Below, in pieces: positions 24,301 to 36,204 of a DNA stretch of 64,000 nt. The number at the start of each line of letters is the position of its first letter. The stretch's first letter is position 1. The position numbers and the translations under genes are program-made. The stretch is from Ramazzottius varieornatus. Lineage: Eukaryota; Animalia; Tardigrada. The notes below the pieces were generated by a model that saw only the letters and a program-made list of their open reading frames with translations, did not search any database and was not told the DNA's origin. The DNA is taken from the NCBI GenBank assembly GCA_001949185.1, contig BDGG01000005.1, positions 2,407,249 to 2,471,248 of the forward strand. Reading direction: 5' to 3'.

Positions 24301-27300
24301 TTTAGGTACAGGTCACAGACATGAACCCAGTCAGTGCTATCTCCGTCCTGGTGCAAAACGAGCTTTGCGCTATAGAACAGTGTCCGCATGATGCCCACTA
24401 CCGCTGCGTGCTCCATCCCACTGTCGTTATGCGCACCCACCCACTCAGACAGATCATTCCCTATCTTTAAAAGTTCTTTCCCAGCCACTAACGGACTCGA
24501 GTGTAACTTGAGCAACCCCACGCACAAGCTTGCATCAGGAGCTTCTGCATAACTGAACTCGTTCCTCACCACTACATTACTGTTCACGTCGGCGGTGAGG
24601 GTCTGACCGGTTGAATGACCGTTCACTGGACTTGATACACGTTCTCGTGGAGGAAAGAGGTTTGACTTCCGTTGGAGAGACTTAGAGAGACTATGGGGAG
24701 TTCGGAGAGAGCTACGAGGTGCAGAGAAGACGATACCGGACTGGCGGGGCGTTCGAGGGGCTGTATTGAGTGCGATGGTCTGCTCGAAGCAGTCATCGCA
24801 AGCTCGTTGTGGCTCCTCGCCGTACGCATCGATCTGGATGGTCTGGTTGCTGCAGGCATTATCCACGATACGACCGCATCTTCGACAGTGATGCTTCCGG
24901 TTGAACTGTAAAACACCGGTGAGTGTGAGAAGAAATACAATCAGGCCAACACACTAGACAAGATTTTTTACCCAAGCGGCGCACACTCATGGCCAACCAC
25001 ACGGAAACAGTGCGCCACTTCGAAAAACAATCAGACTTGACAAAGTCATTCTTCCAAGTGGCGCACGCGTCCAGCCAATCAGAATGAAAACGTGCTCCAC
25101 CGGGGAAACCATCTTATCGTACTTCGTCACCCCAGCGCTCCAAGAACAGAAACTAATACCAGAAAAGCCAATGTGAAGCTGAGAAGGACAGAACCGTCCA
25201 CCTCGAGGTACCAAAACAAGCACTCGGATATGCGCTTACTTACCATGCCAAACTTGTCGCCGCAAACTGCGCAAGCAGTGACGTTGATGTCCACCATCCA
25301 TTCTTTCTTGCTCGGCGCCACGACCGGCATCACGAACTGTTCCTTCAAGTTCGGACCATCACCATGAACAGAAACGCTTCTGAGCTTCCTCTTATCCTTC
25401 ACTGTACTTCCAGAAGTTCCAATGGAGACGCTGGAAGCTCCAGAGTTACTTTCCGCACTGTACTCTGACGCACTGTCGGTGTGGACCGACATCTCCACAG
25501 CCTTCTTGGCGTAGGTCACTAATAGGTCTTCGAACATTTTCTGGCTAACGACGTTGAAGAGGTTGGGTACCTTGAGGATAGCTGGGAAGTAGATGAGCTT
25601 ATTCCACATCAGGAGCTGCTCGAGGGTGAGGATGTTGTGGCCTCTTAGGTGCGACAGAGACTTTTGAAGGTTCTCTGGAAGTTCTTGCAGGATCAAGTTT
25701 TCCACTTCATGTTCTTTCAAAGCTGAGGTTTGTTGCGGACTGAACTTGTTAGACAGCAAGGCAATCTTTATGACGGGAAGCCTTCCTTCGGGTGAAAAAA
25801 GGGAATCTAGCACCTCGGTTATCTTGTCGAAGGAGGAACTGTCCAGCAAAGGCATCAGCAGCTGCAACAACGAACTTTATAGTTTATTTTATTGTTTTAA
25901 AAAGGGAAGCTCGGCAAAAAACAACGTAAAGCTAGCTTTCCCAAGCGGCGCACCTTCCCAGTGTAACTGGCTGGAAAAGTGCGCCACTTCGAAAGACGAT
26001 CTTGCCGAAGTTGTTAGCCCAAGTTCCGAATATTCAAAATGTTATTTTTTGGAATTTTACGATTTCTTAGGCAAGATTCAGTTCTTACTTGATATGCCGA
26101 GAGGACGTTGGGTGGTTTGCTGTCCAGCATGTAAACCAGTCCCCTCATGACCAAGTCGTCTTGGTATTTCGACAATGACGGTATTTCGCTCTGTCGCAAC
26201 CAGGCGTTCAACGGCGCGATCTGGTCGGCTCGAAGCATGGCCGCACTGAAAGCCTGGAACTGATTCTCCACCCTGCTTTCGACCTCTTTGATGGCAATCT
26301 GGTTCACAAGAGTTTCCATACTCCACTGCGGAAAAACCTCAACCCACACTGCCGGCTCCGAATTCAACGCTCGAACCAACTAAAAACACAACAGAAACTC
26401 GTTCAAAACCAAACATGAAAATCGTCCATTAAACTCGAAAATCGCATTGTACCGTTTCCAAACTCTTTACTCGGGACAAGCTACTATGGACACTAGCTCT
26501 TGGGTCTTCAGCAGCGGTCAAGTCGAAGTACCAAATACAAGCAGCTAGCGGCCATTGTTTCCACACCGAAACGACTGTCCGGTTCCTCAGATCAACGTCT
26601 CTGATCTTCATCGCAGTGGTCCACGCGTCAGTTACCAGGTTCTTCTCGATAGATATGGCTACTGTCACTTCCTTCACTAATCTAGCTTGGGGATTCCTTG
26701 CTTCGTGCATGGCGATGATGGGTGCGTCTAGTAGCGCTATTGGATCTCCACCTGGAAGATGAATTCATAAGTAAACAAATTTTAAAAGCTTTGATGGATT
26801 AAATGGAAACTTTGAACAAGTTTTACCTCTCTCCAAGCATTCGGTGACGACGTCACACAGTAAAGCCGTGGAGAAGAAGCCGTCGTGGGAAGTGAAGACA
26901 AGCTTCAGTAGGGAGCGGTTGGAAAGCGACCCGGAAGCGGGTAGAAGTGAGTGCGAGCTGCCGTTTGGTGAGAGAAGGTCGAAGAGCCAATTACAAGGGG
27001 AAGCGATGTACGGTAGAAGATCGTCAAGTGGAACATCGTCTTCCGGTTTCCGAAAGGTGTGGACGTTGAATATCTGTGTTGGTTGATGCGGAGGAAAGTC
27101 AACTTCGGCGCTCTTCAGATTTCTACACGGGTTTCTTTCCCTAAAAATGAAAAGTGCCGCTTACTAGATGAAATTCTCTGGGTTTTTGATCACATCGGAT
27201 TCTTCAAAAATAAGAACAAGCTTTCACTGTCGCGGAAGAACCAGTCTTTCAGAGGTTTCCTGAAATTCAAAGCACGACGAGTTGAAGCCACTCGCTGATA

Positions 27301-30300
27301 TAAATTTGCCCTTTTCTACGGTTTATTCACAATATTAATATTGATACTACAGTGCGACGGTCACGCCATCAGTGCTGTACACTCCAACATGCGAGATACA
27401 TGTGGGCTATACAGTAGTAGCCTTACCGGTGATCCGTTAGAGAAGTCTCTCGTCTCAACAAGACCACTTTTGATTTCTGGCCACTGGGTTCCAAGGTAGC
27501 TTCTTCGAAGTCGATTGCAGTCGCTTGGTTCCAATGTCTCTTCAGAAGACCAGCCAGCTTGTCGGCAGCGTAGAGACGGAAGAGCCACGGCGGAGCATGG
27601 ACAATCTTCTTCGACTCCTCATACCACGTTGTCCTGTTGACGTACTCGCCAATCGCCCCGTTCACCTACGAAACCCAGACCACAAAATTTCAGTTTAAAT
27701 TTGGACTGTGTGAGCTAACAGGAACAAACGAGAGCTCAAACAAATTCAATCTGTCCGTTTTTCGAAGTAGCGCACGTTACCGGTCAATATCATCGAGAAC
27801 GTGCACCACTTAGGAAAGCAATCTATCCAAATTTCCCACCTGTTGCTGAAACATTTCCGGGTAGTACACTTTGACACTGATGCGTCTTTCAAAGTCCGCT
27901 ATCAAAAAGCCGTTTTCTTTTCTTCGCGCAGTGCCGAACCGCGAAAAGTACACCGTATTTCGGAAAGGCGAGAGCTCGTCAAACAGCTCCTGTAGCCGTA
28001 CCACACCGAAGGATCCCACTTCGTACCGGTAACACCAGAAATGGACTCGACGCAGGACCTCATTGGCGTCAGTGCAGAACCTGCTCGAGTCTTCTCTCGC
28101 GTGCAAGAGGGAATGTAAAAAGAGGAGGTTGTACAGATTAAGAAAGAAACATGTCCGATGGACATCAGAAGGAAAAGACAAGTCGGAATACTGGAGTGAA
28201 GACAGTGCGGAGAGGACCGGTTGGGCTGATCGGAATCTGACGGTGGATGGTTGGTAGACATTGTCCCCGCGGTCCTTGAGCAGTTTCAGCAGGCGAGCCA
28301 GGCAGCTTGTTACGAGTGGCAATGGGTCGGCAGAGGTCTTGAAGGGCTTCTCAGGGTCAGGAGTGTTGAGTGTTATTTCCTGTTCGAAGAAGGAGGATGG
28401 AAGTGCGGAAAGAGAGGAGGAAGGCTTCCAGCCAGAGAGGTCCATCAGCATTTCCGGAATGTTTAACGAGAGGTTCTTGGTTAAGAGGTCGATCTCTTGC
28501 ACCGGACGTTTCTCGGCGAACATCTTCCGTAGATACTGTGAAGGAAAAAGAAGGTCACTGAGGAACTTTATAATTTTGACTATACCGCAATGTACTGTAG
28601 ATAAACGCACAGCCGAGATTGAAACTCTGCCCGTTTTCTACAAGTTTACGTCGTGTGATGAAGAAATCCTTAACTGCAAAACCTGTCTGAGAAAGTGGAG
28701 TGTTGACAACAATATGGTGACAAAAGCTGCGAGGTGACGGATGGTTGACCAAGTACCAACTATCGCCACACAGAAATGCGTCTTACAGCTACATTTGACT
28801 TACGAGGTATGGGTATTGGTAGAGAAGAGCGAAGTTATCGCCATCCGGGTCCATCTTCAAGCATGCCGCGAAGTTCCTCACAAACGTCAGCATTCCCAGC
28901 AAAAAGCTCCTTCTCGAGGCCTGCAGTTCCACCCCTTCCCCATCGACCAGCCCCAGCAACCCAGAAGGCGGAAGACTCGAACGACACATTTTGATCAACT
29001 GCCTGACCAACGACACTCCCTCCTTCGACCCCGCTTTCGACGGCTCCATCAGCAACTCTTTCAGCCTCCTCACTCTTCTAGAAACCTCCTCCAACACCGC
29101 CGCGAACGACTGTCCGGCCACCGGATTGAACGGCGTGGCTTTCAGGAAAGGAAGCTTCTGATTCAACGTCACGCACATTTCTAAACTTGCACTGATGAAC
29201 TCCTCGAATTTCTTAATATTTTCGGAACGATCGTTCAGTGACGGAAATGGAAGCCCTAATGTCTTTATTGAGTCTGTGATGAATTTGACCGATTCGGGGA
29301 ATGTATCACTGTCGCTGCGGAGTATGGCATGGTCGATAGCGACCAGGATGGACAAGTGTTCGTCTGTCAGTTCGCTGTGTGGGGAGAGTGGAAGACTGGT
29401 CAGCACTTCGAAGCTGCCGAAGCGTTTAGTTTTGGGACTGGGTTCTTGGAGGCACAGGCTAAAACGTTGGACGGATTCAGCGAAGGACTCGCCGAAAGTG
29501 ATTTCGCGCTTCCAGTGTTCCGCGTCCATGCCGAAGATCTGGACGACTTGGTCAGCCAGGTCAAAGCTACCGCGGTGGAGACAGATGTAGAGAAGGGAAG
29601 AAGGACTGGAAAGCATCTTCTCGATGATGGAGGTATCGGTGTACTTGCGCAGAATGGACGACGCATGGCGTTTCCGTCTTCTTTTTCTGGAAATCAGAGT
29701 AGAAGTAAAGTTTTTTGTACGATTTCAAGTTCAAACCAATATTCTGAAAAATATACTGCGCGATAATATTCGCGAAACGAAATGGGACATAAGTACTCAA
29801 ATTCGACAAAATCGTATAACCAAATGGCGCACACGATTATCCTATGACCGCGGAGACATGCGCCACTTGAGAAAACGATCTTGTAGAAATGTGCTCGCCG
29901 AGCTGACGAGCTCCCAAAAACTGATGCGAGTATTCAGAGCATGTCTCCGATCACACCATTCATTGCAATACGACCACAACTAGGGCGTTGTGTCAGCTCA
30001 GATTCTCGGAGCCAAGGTACGTTTCACCGGTTCGTTACGTTTAATTCTTTTGATGCTGTAGGGCCTCTTTCACCTCATTGCTTTTTTGGTTGAGTTCTCC
30101 GCTTCTTTCGTTAAAAACGACGGCTTCATCAAATCCTCGACATAGGCCGAGTTTGAACTCATTGGCACTTCCTTCGGGTAGGTCACCACATCCAGCCTCC
30201 ACAACGCATCGGCAACCCTCTGCTGCAGCGCCGATACCCTACTCGGTAGCTCTTCCATCGTCACTGAACTCGCAATCTTCATTTCCTCATCGTTCTTCCC

Positions 30301-31777
30301 GTCCCTCAGTCTCACCGCCGTGCTGGTGACGATGACGACTTCCTTTAGCATCTCCAGCACTTTTCTCACTAGTCCTTCGCTACAGCAACAAAAGCCTTCT
30401 TTGATCTTCCTTGTAGCTGATGCCCAGCTCTTCACGCTGTTGCTGTCTGTATCCGTCACACCTTCGTACTCAAACACATCGTCTGCAACATGTTCCTCTT
30501 TCATATCCTCACTTCGAAGGAAGAGAAGCGAGAAGACGTTCTCCATGACTTCTACACGAAACTCTAACGGTTGTATCTGTCTGAAGTTCTCTGTGGATCT
30601 TGTCAGGTCGAAGTCTGGTAAACTGTCGTCTTGAAAAAGACCGCGATGGAGACTACTGCGTGAGCTACGTTTACTAAGTTGTCGGGAAGCCACTTTCCGG
30701 CTGGCTGCATCGCGGTAGATGAGAGTCATCACGTCGAGAAGGACGCTGCAGCCCATGAATATGGATGCATCGCTTTTCCTTTCTGGACTGAGGATTGCAA
30801 GGCAGCTAGCTCCTTTCGATTCTTCTGACTCGAAACGGACACGTTTGAGGGAAGGCGATGCTACGACCTCGTCTTCGGGCAAAGTAATCTGGGGGAGTGA
30901 GCGGATCGCCTCGACGTCGATACTTTCCAAGTCGGAGAAGTTTAGGACAGCGCCGAGCACGGAAGTTTCATGGAAGTCGGGAAAAGCTTTGCTAAAAAGC
31001 TCGCCGAACTCGGTCTCGCTGGAAAACTGGAGACTCTCGGGCTCGAGTAAACTGCGGCGACTTATCAGCTCGTCGACGATTTCGAACTGGGCTTTCAAGA
31101 CGTTGAACGCTTGACCGACTGCTCTCAACACCTGAAAAGTGAAAACTAAGTCCGATGAAACATTAATGAGTACCTTGGTGATTGGAAAGCCGCGACTCAC
31201 AGGCGTTTCTTGAGAAGAAATGATTTGGAAGGATTTTCGGAGTATTTTTCGTGCAGTGGGAACGTTTTCGGTGACGATGTCATTCCAGCACAGTAGCGCT
31301 ACTACTTGTCCGAAGACGCTTTCTATCCACGGAACTTGGCGCACGAACATCTGGACATCATCCGCCGACCGGGACGTCGACAAGTTATTTATAAGCTCCT
31401 GGAAGACGTGAAAAACAATCGTGTAGCACGCTTTCAGTTTACAGCAGATGTTTAAACAGAGCGTGTGTTAAACCGCGCATGACGTCATAGAGACGCTGTA
31501 GCAAATTACGGAATTATGAGCCAACACTGCGTCAGTCAGTGACGTCGCAAGAATGACGGAATGCACTTACGAACAGCAATCTGGATAAATGCTCTCTCCG
31601 TATCACAGATATTTCGCCAACTCTAACAGGATCCAGAAACGCAGACGTTACTCCCTTAGGGTCAGACCGATACCGTTCTGCGGAGACATCAACATCCACC
31701 GTACTCGTCACTGCACTAGCGATGTCTTCTTCGGAGGCGTCCGGATGATTGTTTAGGAAATTCAGCAGCGCGTCCAT
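21304..31777 (-). CDS. ZFYVE26: Spastizin / zinc finger FYVE domain protein 26, multi-exon
   Basis: Very long helical protein with QPLEFRVEVMENVFSLLF, LEQLLM, FYVE W..D...CAVC..F..FNRKHHCRRCGR, RNEFSYAEAPDASLC, RDQLV..ERYALA and C-terminal KLRSAYLLAV...LCTRWL*. Confidence 0.9.
21680..21801. repeat. Two tandem palindrome units (ZFYVE26 last intron)
   Basis: Spacers 28 and 27 nt. Confidence 0.88.
22639..22857. mobile_element. MITE (TA-flanked, Tc1/mariner-like), related to 52207-52411
   Basis: GTACACGCA..AATTATGG..CAGTAAA..TTATGG ends inverted. The internal sequence is shared in opposite orientation with the 52207 copy. Confidence 0.75.
23779..23825. repeat. N27 palindrome unit (ZFYVE26 intron)
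   Basis: AACTGGCGCA-27nt-TGCGCCACTT. Confidence 0.9.
23993..24100 (-). repeat. Dispersed repeat, copy of 6838-6944
   Basis: Reverse-complement similarity to 6838-6944; lies in a ZFYVE26 intron. Confidence 0.8.
24974..25102. repeat. Two tandem N27 palindrome units (ZFYVE26 intron inside FYVE)
   Basis: Units at 24974-25020 and 25056-25102. Confidence 0.9.
25943..25989. repeat. N27 palindrome unit (ZFYVE26 intron)
   Basis: AAGCGGCGCA-27nt-TGCGCCACTT. Confidence 0.9.
27765..27811. repeat. N27 palindrome unit (ZFYVE26 intron)
   Basis: AAGTAGCGCA-27nt-TGCACCACTT. Confidence 0.85.
29822..29868. repeat. N27 palindrome unit (ZFYVE26 intron)
   Basis: AAATGGCGCA-27nt-TGCGCCACTT. Confidence 0.9.
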
Positions 31778-32290
31778 ATTGGCCACTCTAGATCGAATCC
31801 TGGTTAGCAAGACTGTGGTACATTCTGTAGCCTCAAAACGCGCGCTGCAATGTTTTGTGACTGTTCAAATGCACCAGGATAGTTTTGGAAGATTGTATCG
31901 AGAAAGTCATGGTGCTTGCATGACTGCCCCTTCTCTTGCTTCCATCGGTGCAACGCGAACCGAGACTATTTCTTACCTAATGGGCTTTCCGTCCAGGTAA
32001 CCACTCTTCCTCAGTCTATCAGTTGTTTATATTGTAAGAATAGGAGAGGTTGGGAAATAGAGTCTTCGAGAGACACGACAGGAAGTTAATCCGAATCGCG
32101 ATCGGAATTCGGAAATTTGGAATTCTTGCGACCTACACAGGCAATCAAAAAATTTGATTGCGCTTCTCTGAACGTTGGCACACAGAAGTGTACTAGATTA
32201 CGTCAGGTAGCGTCTGACGTCGGTGATTGATTGATGGTCGGTCTGCCCATTTCCTACACGTCCGTCGCATACGCTTTATGCCTTTATCCA

Positions 32291-34987
32291 ATGGCAGCTA
32301 AAAAAACCAAACAGTTTCATTTCCGGTGAACCCAGTCAAGAGTTTCTTCCCACTGCCCGATGAACTGGTCGCTATTCTCGGTTTCACAGGTGCAACTGCA
32401 TGTTACGGCTACGACGGACGCCACTGCCTTGGCCCTTGGGAGAACTCCGCCGAAGAAGGCTGATGAGAGGGGTGACGGGTCAGCAGACGTAACGGCGCTG
32501 GAGCTTCGAGGCTTGGAATAGATGGACGTCGACATGGGGGACGAATCCAGCAACGGACACTCGCGCGGTGGATTGCCCTCCTTGCATGACACCAAGTTGG
32601 AAGCCGACCTTCGTGCACTTCTGGCAAAACTGTCTGGACAATGCATTACAGCGTCACTAACCAGTGATATCATTGCGGCGCTGAAAGATATCAACCGCCA
32701 TCTTCACGCGTCCGTCATTTATGTGCATTTCTGTCGTCAGGATGAACCCGACAGAACTTTGTCGGCCGACAACGAAGAAAAGCTACGCAGTTACTTGGGT
32801 TTCGGGACTAACGACGAGCGCTGGAACACACTTCTCGCACGTCAAAGGGAGGTGCATGGCATACTGACTCGGCTGAAAGATGCCATCAAAGCCACTCGTT
32901 TGGACCTTGTACAGAAATCCCTAGGCTTGCGCACTCGCAATCCGAAAGACGGTCTTTGGGTCAGTTCTCTTAGGAAAGCTCCCGCCGAATTAGCTGAAGA
33001 AGCCGGCGAGAAGCAGAGCACAGCGAGATGGCTGAATGAAGTTATTCCCGGCCTTACTCAGTTTCTCGATATTCTATCTTCACAAGACTTCTTCAGTCTG
33101 TTATGGGAGCGCCTATTTGGACAAGGTAAATAGCAAACAGGATTCACCACGTTTTATCTAAAAAGCTTTATCAAATCTGTTTGGAAGCTCGCAAACCAAC
33201 TCGATCATGGCCGGTTTTTCCCCAGAATGGCGCATGCGTTCAGCCATCAACACTTGGAAACTGCGCCACTTGGGTAAACAAACTCGACAAGATCTTTTCT
33301 CCAAGTGGCGCACTTTATCAGACACTGACAAGAAAAAATGCGTCACTCGAGAAAACGATCAAGAGCGGTTTTGAAACTGGCGCACGCTTTCAGCCAATGG
33401 TGCAGATAACATCCGCCAGATGGGTAAAAAATTTTTCCGGCTTAGTTGTAGAGCTCCCATTTGTAATCCTTCCTGTTTATGCGCAGACATGGTGGGCAAG
33501 ACGGAAAGTTCGAACGGTCATCAAGAGGACATCTCACTTCCAGTGAGCTCCTGTCAGCCAGTGTTGGCTCCTGCTTCGGCTGAACCTTCCCTGCTAAACC
33601 TGAAACGTGAAGACCTTGCTGCGATGGAGGATCTGGGCTGCGGGAAGAATGCCCAAGGTGTGCTGGAAGGAACTGAGGCGTTTGACTTGGGCAAGGTCCG
33701 GGAATTGCCCTACGACATCCAATGGCAAATAAGGAAGTATGTCGAGTTCAACAGAATGACGTCGGAAAATACGATCAGGCAGCATATTCAGCTCCAGACA
33801 GTTCCAGTTATCCCGGAACAACACGAAAAGAAAAGTGTGACAGCTGACATGTTACCATTCGACCTGTGGCGAAAGATACTACGATACGTCGACGACGACG
33901 ATTCAGTCCTGTATTCTCTCATCGAAGCTTCGGAGAAATTCCGAACTTTATTGCGACAAGAAACGCGAGAGCGAATAAATCGCCCTGAGTATTGGAAAAA
34001 TGCGCTGATTCGACGAGGTGTGAATGTTTATAGTTACCCATCGACTTGTCCGAAGAAAGACAGGAAGAACTGGAACGATAATCAATGGTATGCCAGCTCG
34101 GCCAGCAGACTGAACAAGACTGCTTGTCCAGGTGGCGCCTGTTTTCAGTTAGTATTGCGGATGGCGCGCGCGCCACTTGGGCAAATGATCTTGTTCGGTG
34201 CATAATTCCCAGTTTGCTCAGAAGAGTAGCTCAGTTTGTAACACGTATAATTCTGTTGTTGTTCGTTTTTGCAGGTATGATCGATACAAGAAGTACGTGA
34301 AGACCCTAGCCTGCTTTTGCTGCTTTTCCCGTCTGTCGACGGTAGCTAGTGGGAAACCTGTGGTAACTCACGAGTTCCATGGACGGATCTCCATCGAAGC
34401 GACGCGGTTGGCTCGTGGTCAGGCTGGTGCCTTGGACGCCGAAGAGAACCAGGATCACGTTGCGCGACCTCGACTAAAGGATATCGGCATTCAGGTCTTG
34501 GGAGTTCAGGTAAGACCTCAAAAGTCTTTCTGTTTCGTGAAATAACTTCCGAAATTGGGCAGTAACACTAACCTACATTAGTGCACCATGAAGCATGACA
34601 ATTTACAAACAGCAGATCAAACGTATAAAGTGTAAGCGAAGTGTGGAAAACCTAGAAGATTTTTTGAAATCTTCAGCCAGAAAAAGAATATGGCCCGCTG
34701 TTCGCTCTCCAGATTTCGTAAAAGATACGGTTGTGATAGGTCAATGGGGAAGATATCAGAAGATGACAAAGCGAGACCTAAAGGAATTTGCAAGCACGGT
34801 GACAGAAATAACCCATAATCAGAAAGAAGCCCAAAACATAACTAAAAACGTGCAGTTCTACTGGACTGGTATATATCGTATCTGTGATATACCGATACCA
34901 TCTCTCCTTGTTCGTTCCCAGGTCCTCTCGCATCTTCGTGAACTTTTCGTGAAAGTTGAGCTTGACGGAGTACGTGCCACATCGTAA
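32291..34987 (+). CDS. Uncharacterised multi-exon protein with F-box-like motif(s)
   Basis: Open exons about 32390-33125, 33488-34088, 34275-34509 and 34614-34987 with GT-AG junctions. DMLPFDLWRKILRYV and ELPYDIQWQIRKY resemble F-box starts. Start codon tentative. Confidence 0.6.
33225..33421. repeat. Three tandem palindrome units (F-box-like gene intron)
   Basis: Units at 33225, 33303 and 33375; spacers 27, 26 and 27 nt. Confidence 0.9.
34130..34178. repeat. Palindrome unit (F-box-like gene intron)
   Basis: AGGTGGCGCC-29nt-CGCGCCACTT. Confidence 0.8.
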
Positions 34988-35043
34988 CGGAATAAAAATT
35001 GAATTTCAGCGCTAGTAAAATCGTTGTTAGAATCGATATAAGT

Positions 35044-35400
35044 TTACTTTTCCAGAAACCGTTTCCGTGGAGGTTTGCGTGGAGTGGGTAGGTCAGCGAG
35101 GTAGGATGGGTAGCCGGGAAAGATTGTTGCAACGGCATCGTTCGTTAGAGTAGCTCGCTGCTGTTTTCCGCCGTTGTCTTGGGCCTTGATACACTGACGC
35201 TTGAAGAAGCGGTCCGCGAAATGCTTACTACACACTCGGTCGTGTTTGTTGGGTTCCTTGTCCCGCCGGATGTTCCTGGTCCATTCCTTCAATCGCTTTT
35301 CATCTCTGGGAAACTTGAAAAAGGACAGGTGACCATTAGGCTTCTCAGACGGAATGCCGCTCCGGCAACCAGGAACGTAACATTGCACCTTACTAGGCAT
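35044..35400 (-). CDS. Small THAP-domain protein
   Basis: Intact C2CH THAP: CYVPGC..SFFKFP..W..VCSKHF...AVATIF, followed by PRKPPRKR. Confidence 0.88.
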   Translation of the reverse strand: MPSKVQCYVPGCRSGIPSEKPNGHLSFFKFPRDEKRLKEWTRNIRRDKEPNKHDRVCSKHFADRFFKRQCIKAQDNGGKQQRATLTNDAVATIFPGYPSYLADLPTPRKPPRKRFLEK

Positions 35401-35470
35401 AGTGGTTATCAAACCTAAAAGCCTACAGTAAATGGGACGTGGCCAAACGGAATCGCCCAAATCCTTCCCC

Positions 35471-35517
35471 AAGTGGCGCACGCTACCAGCCAGTAACAAC
35501 TGAGTCGTGCGCTACTT
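35471..35517. repeat. N27 palindrome unit (probable 5' UTR intron of THAP gene)
   Basis: AAGTGGCGCA-27nt-TGCGCTACTT; minus-strand acceptor at about 35415. Confidence 0.88.
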
Positions 35518-36021
35518 AGAATAACGATTTGGGTGAAATCACTTGTCGATCTCCCAGATTAGAAAGATATTCTGAACAATGGTATAATACGAGCCGCTTT
35601 TCTTATATGAAGAAAGGATTCCGGACCGGCGGTGGCAAAGTTGGCTGAAAGAACAACACAGCCACTTGCAATGCACAAATGCTTAAAAGTTGTACAATCT
35701 GTTGTCACTAAATATCGAGGATTTCGTCCTTGGATAGACTAATTTTCCTCAGAAAGGCTTAGAGGCTGAGCGCAATGAAACCGTCGTCCGGACTGCTTCC
35801 AAAAGAATAGACCGCCCATTCAGGTAGCCCTGGCGGATCGAGACATTGGGCAGATTGAGCCTGAAGACCTGCCGCCTTTATATCGCTGTTTACGTTGGCG
35901 TCGGTATGCATCTCCAAGAATGTCAAAAGAAACCCTATTATCGAAGTAGCCCGTAAAGTGATTCTTTGAAACCTACCAGTATTTTATTGGCGAGGATTAA
36001 GAGAATGAGATTAATTGTCTC

Positions 36022-36068
36022 GACTGCCGCACGTCTTGATTGTTATCGGCTTGAAGCGTGCGCCGCTT
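36022..36068. repeat. N27 palindrome unit upstream of UBC exon
   Basis: GACTGCCGCA-27nt-TGCGCCGCTT. Confidence 0.75.
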
Positions 36069-36204
36069 AAGATAACCATCCCTCTACGTTCTGTTTGTCG
36101 GCCTCCCAACACCAACAATGTCCGAAAGAAAATATTCAGACTTTTCAACGCTAAATTATGTAATCAAATGCTTGTGTTCCTTCCGCCTCCGGTCGAGACC
36201 AGCA

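Noticed and set aside
33225-33421. CRISPR array
   Set aside because: Eukaryotic intron, no cas genes, only 2-3 units, and the spacers are diverged versions of one consensus rather than unrelated acquisitions.
34842-35138. Minus-strand continuation of the THAP gene into a transposase
   Set aside because: No convincing acceptor or P-element catalytic motifs; the region is better explained as the last plus-strand exon of the F-box-like gene.
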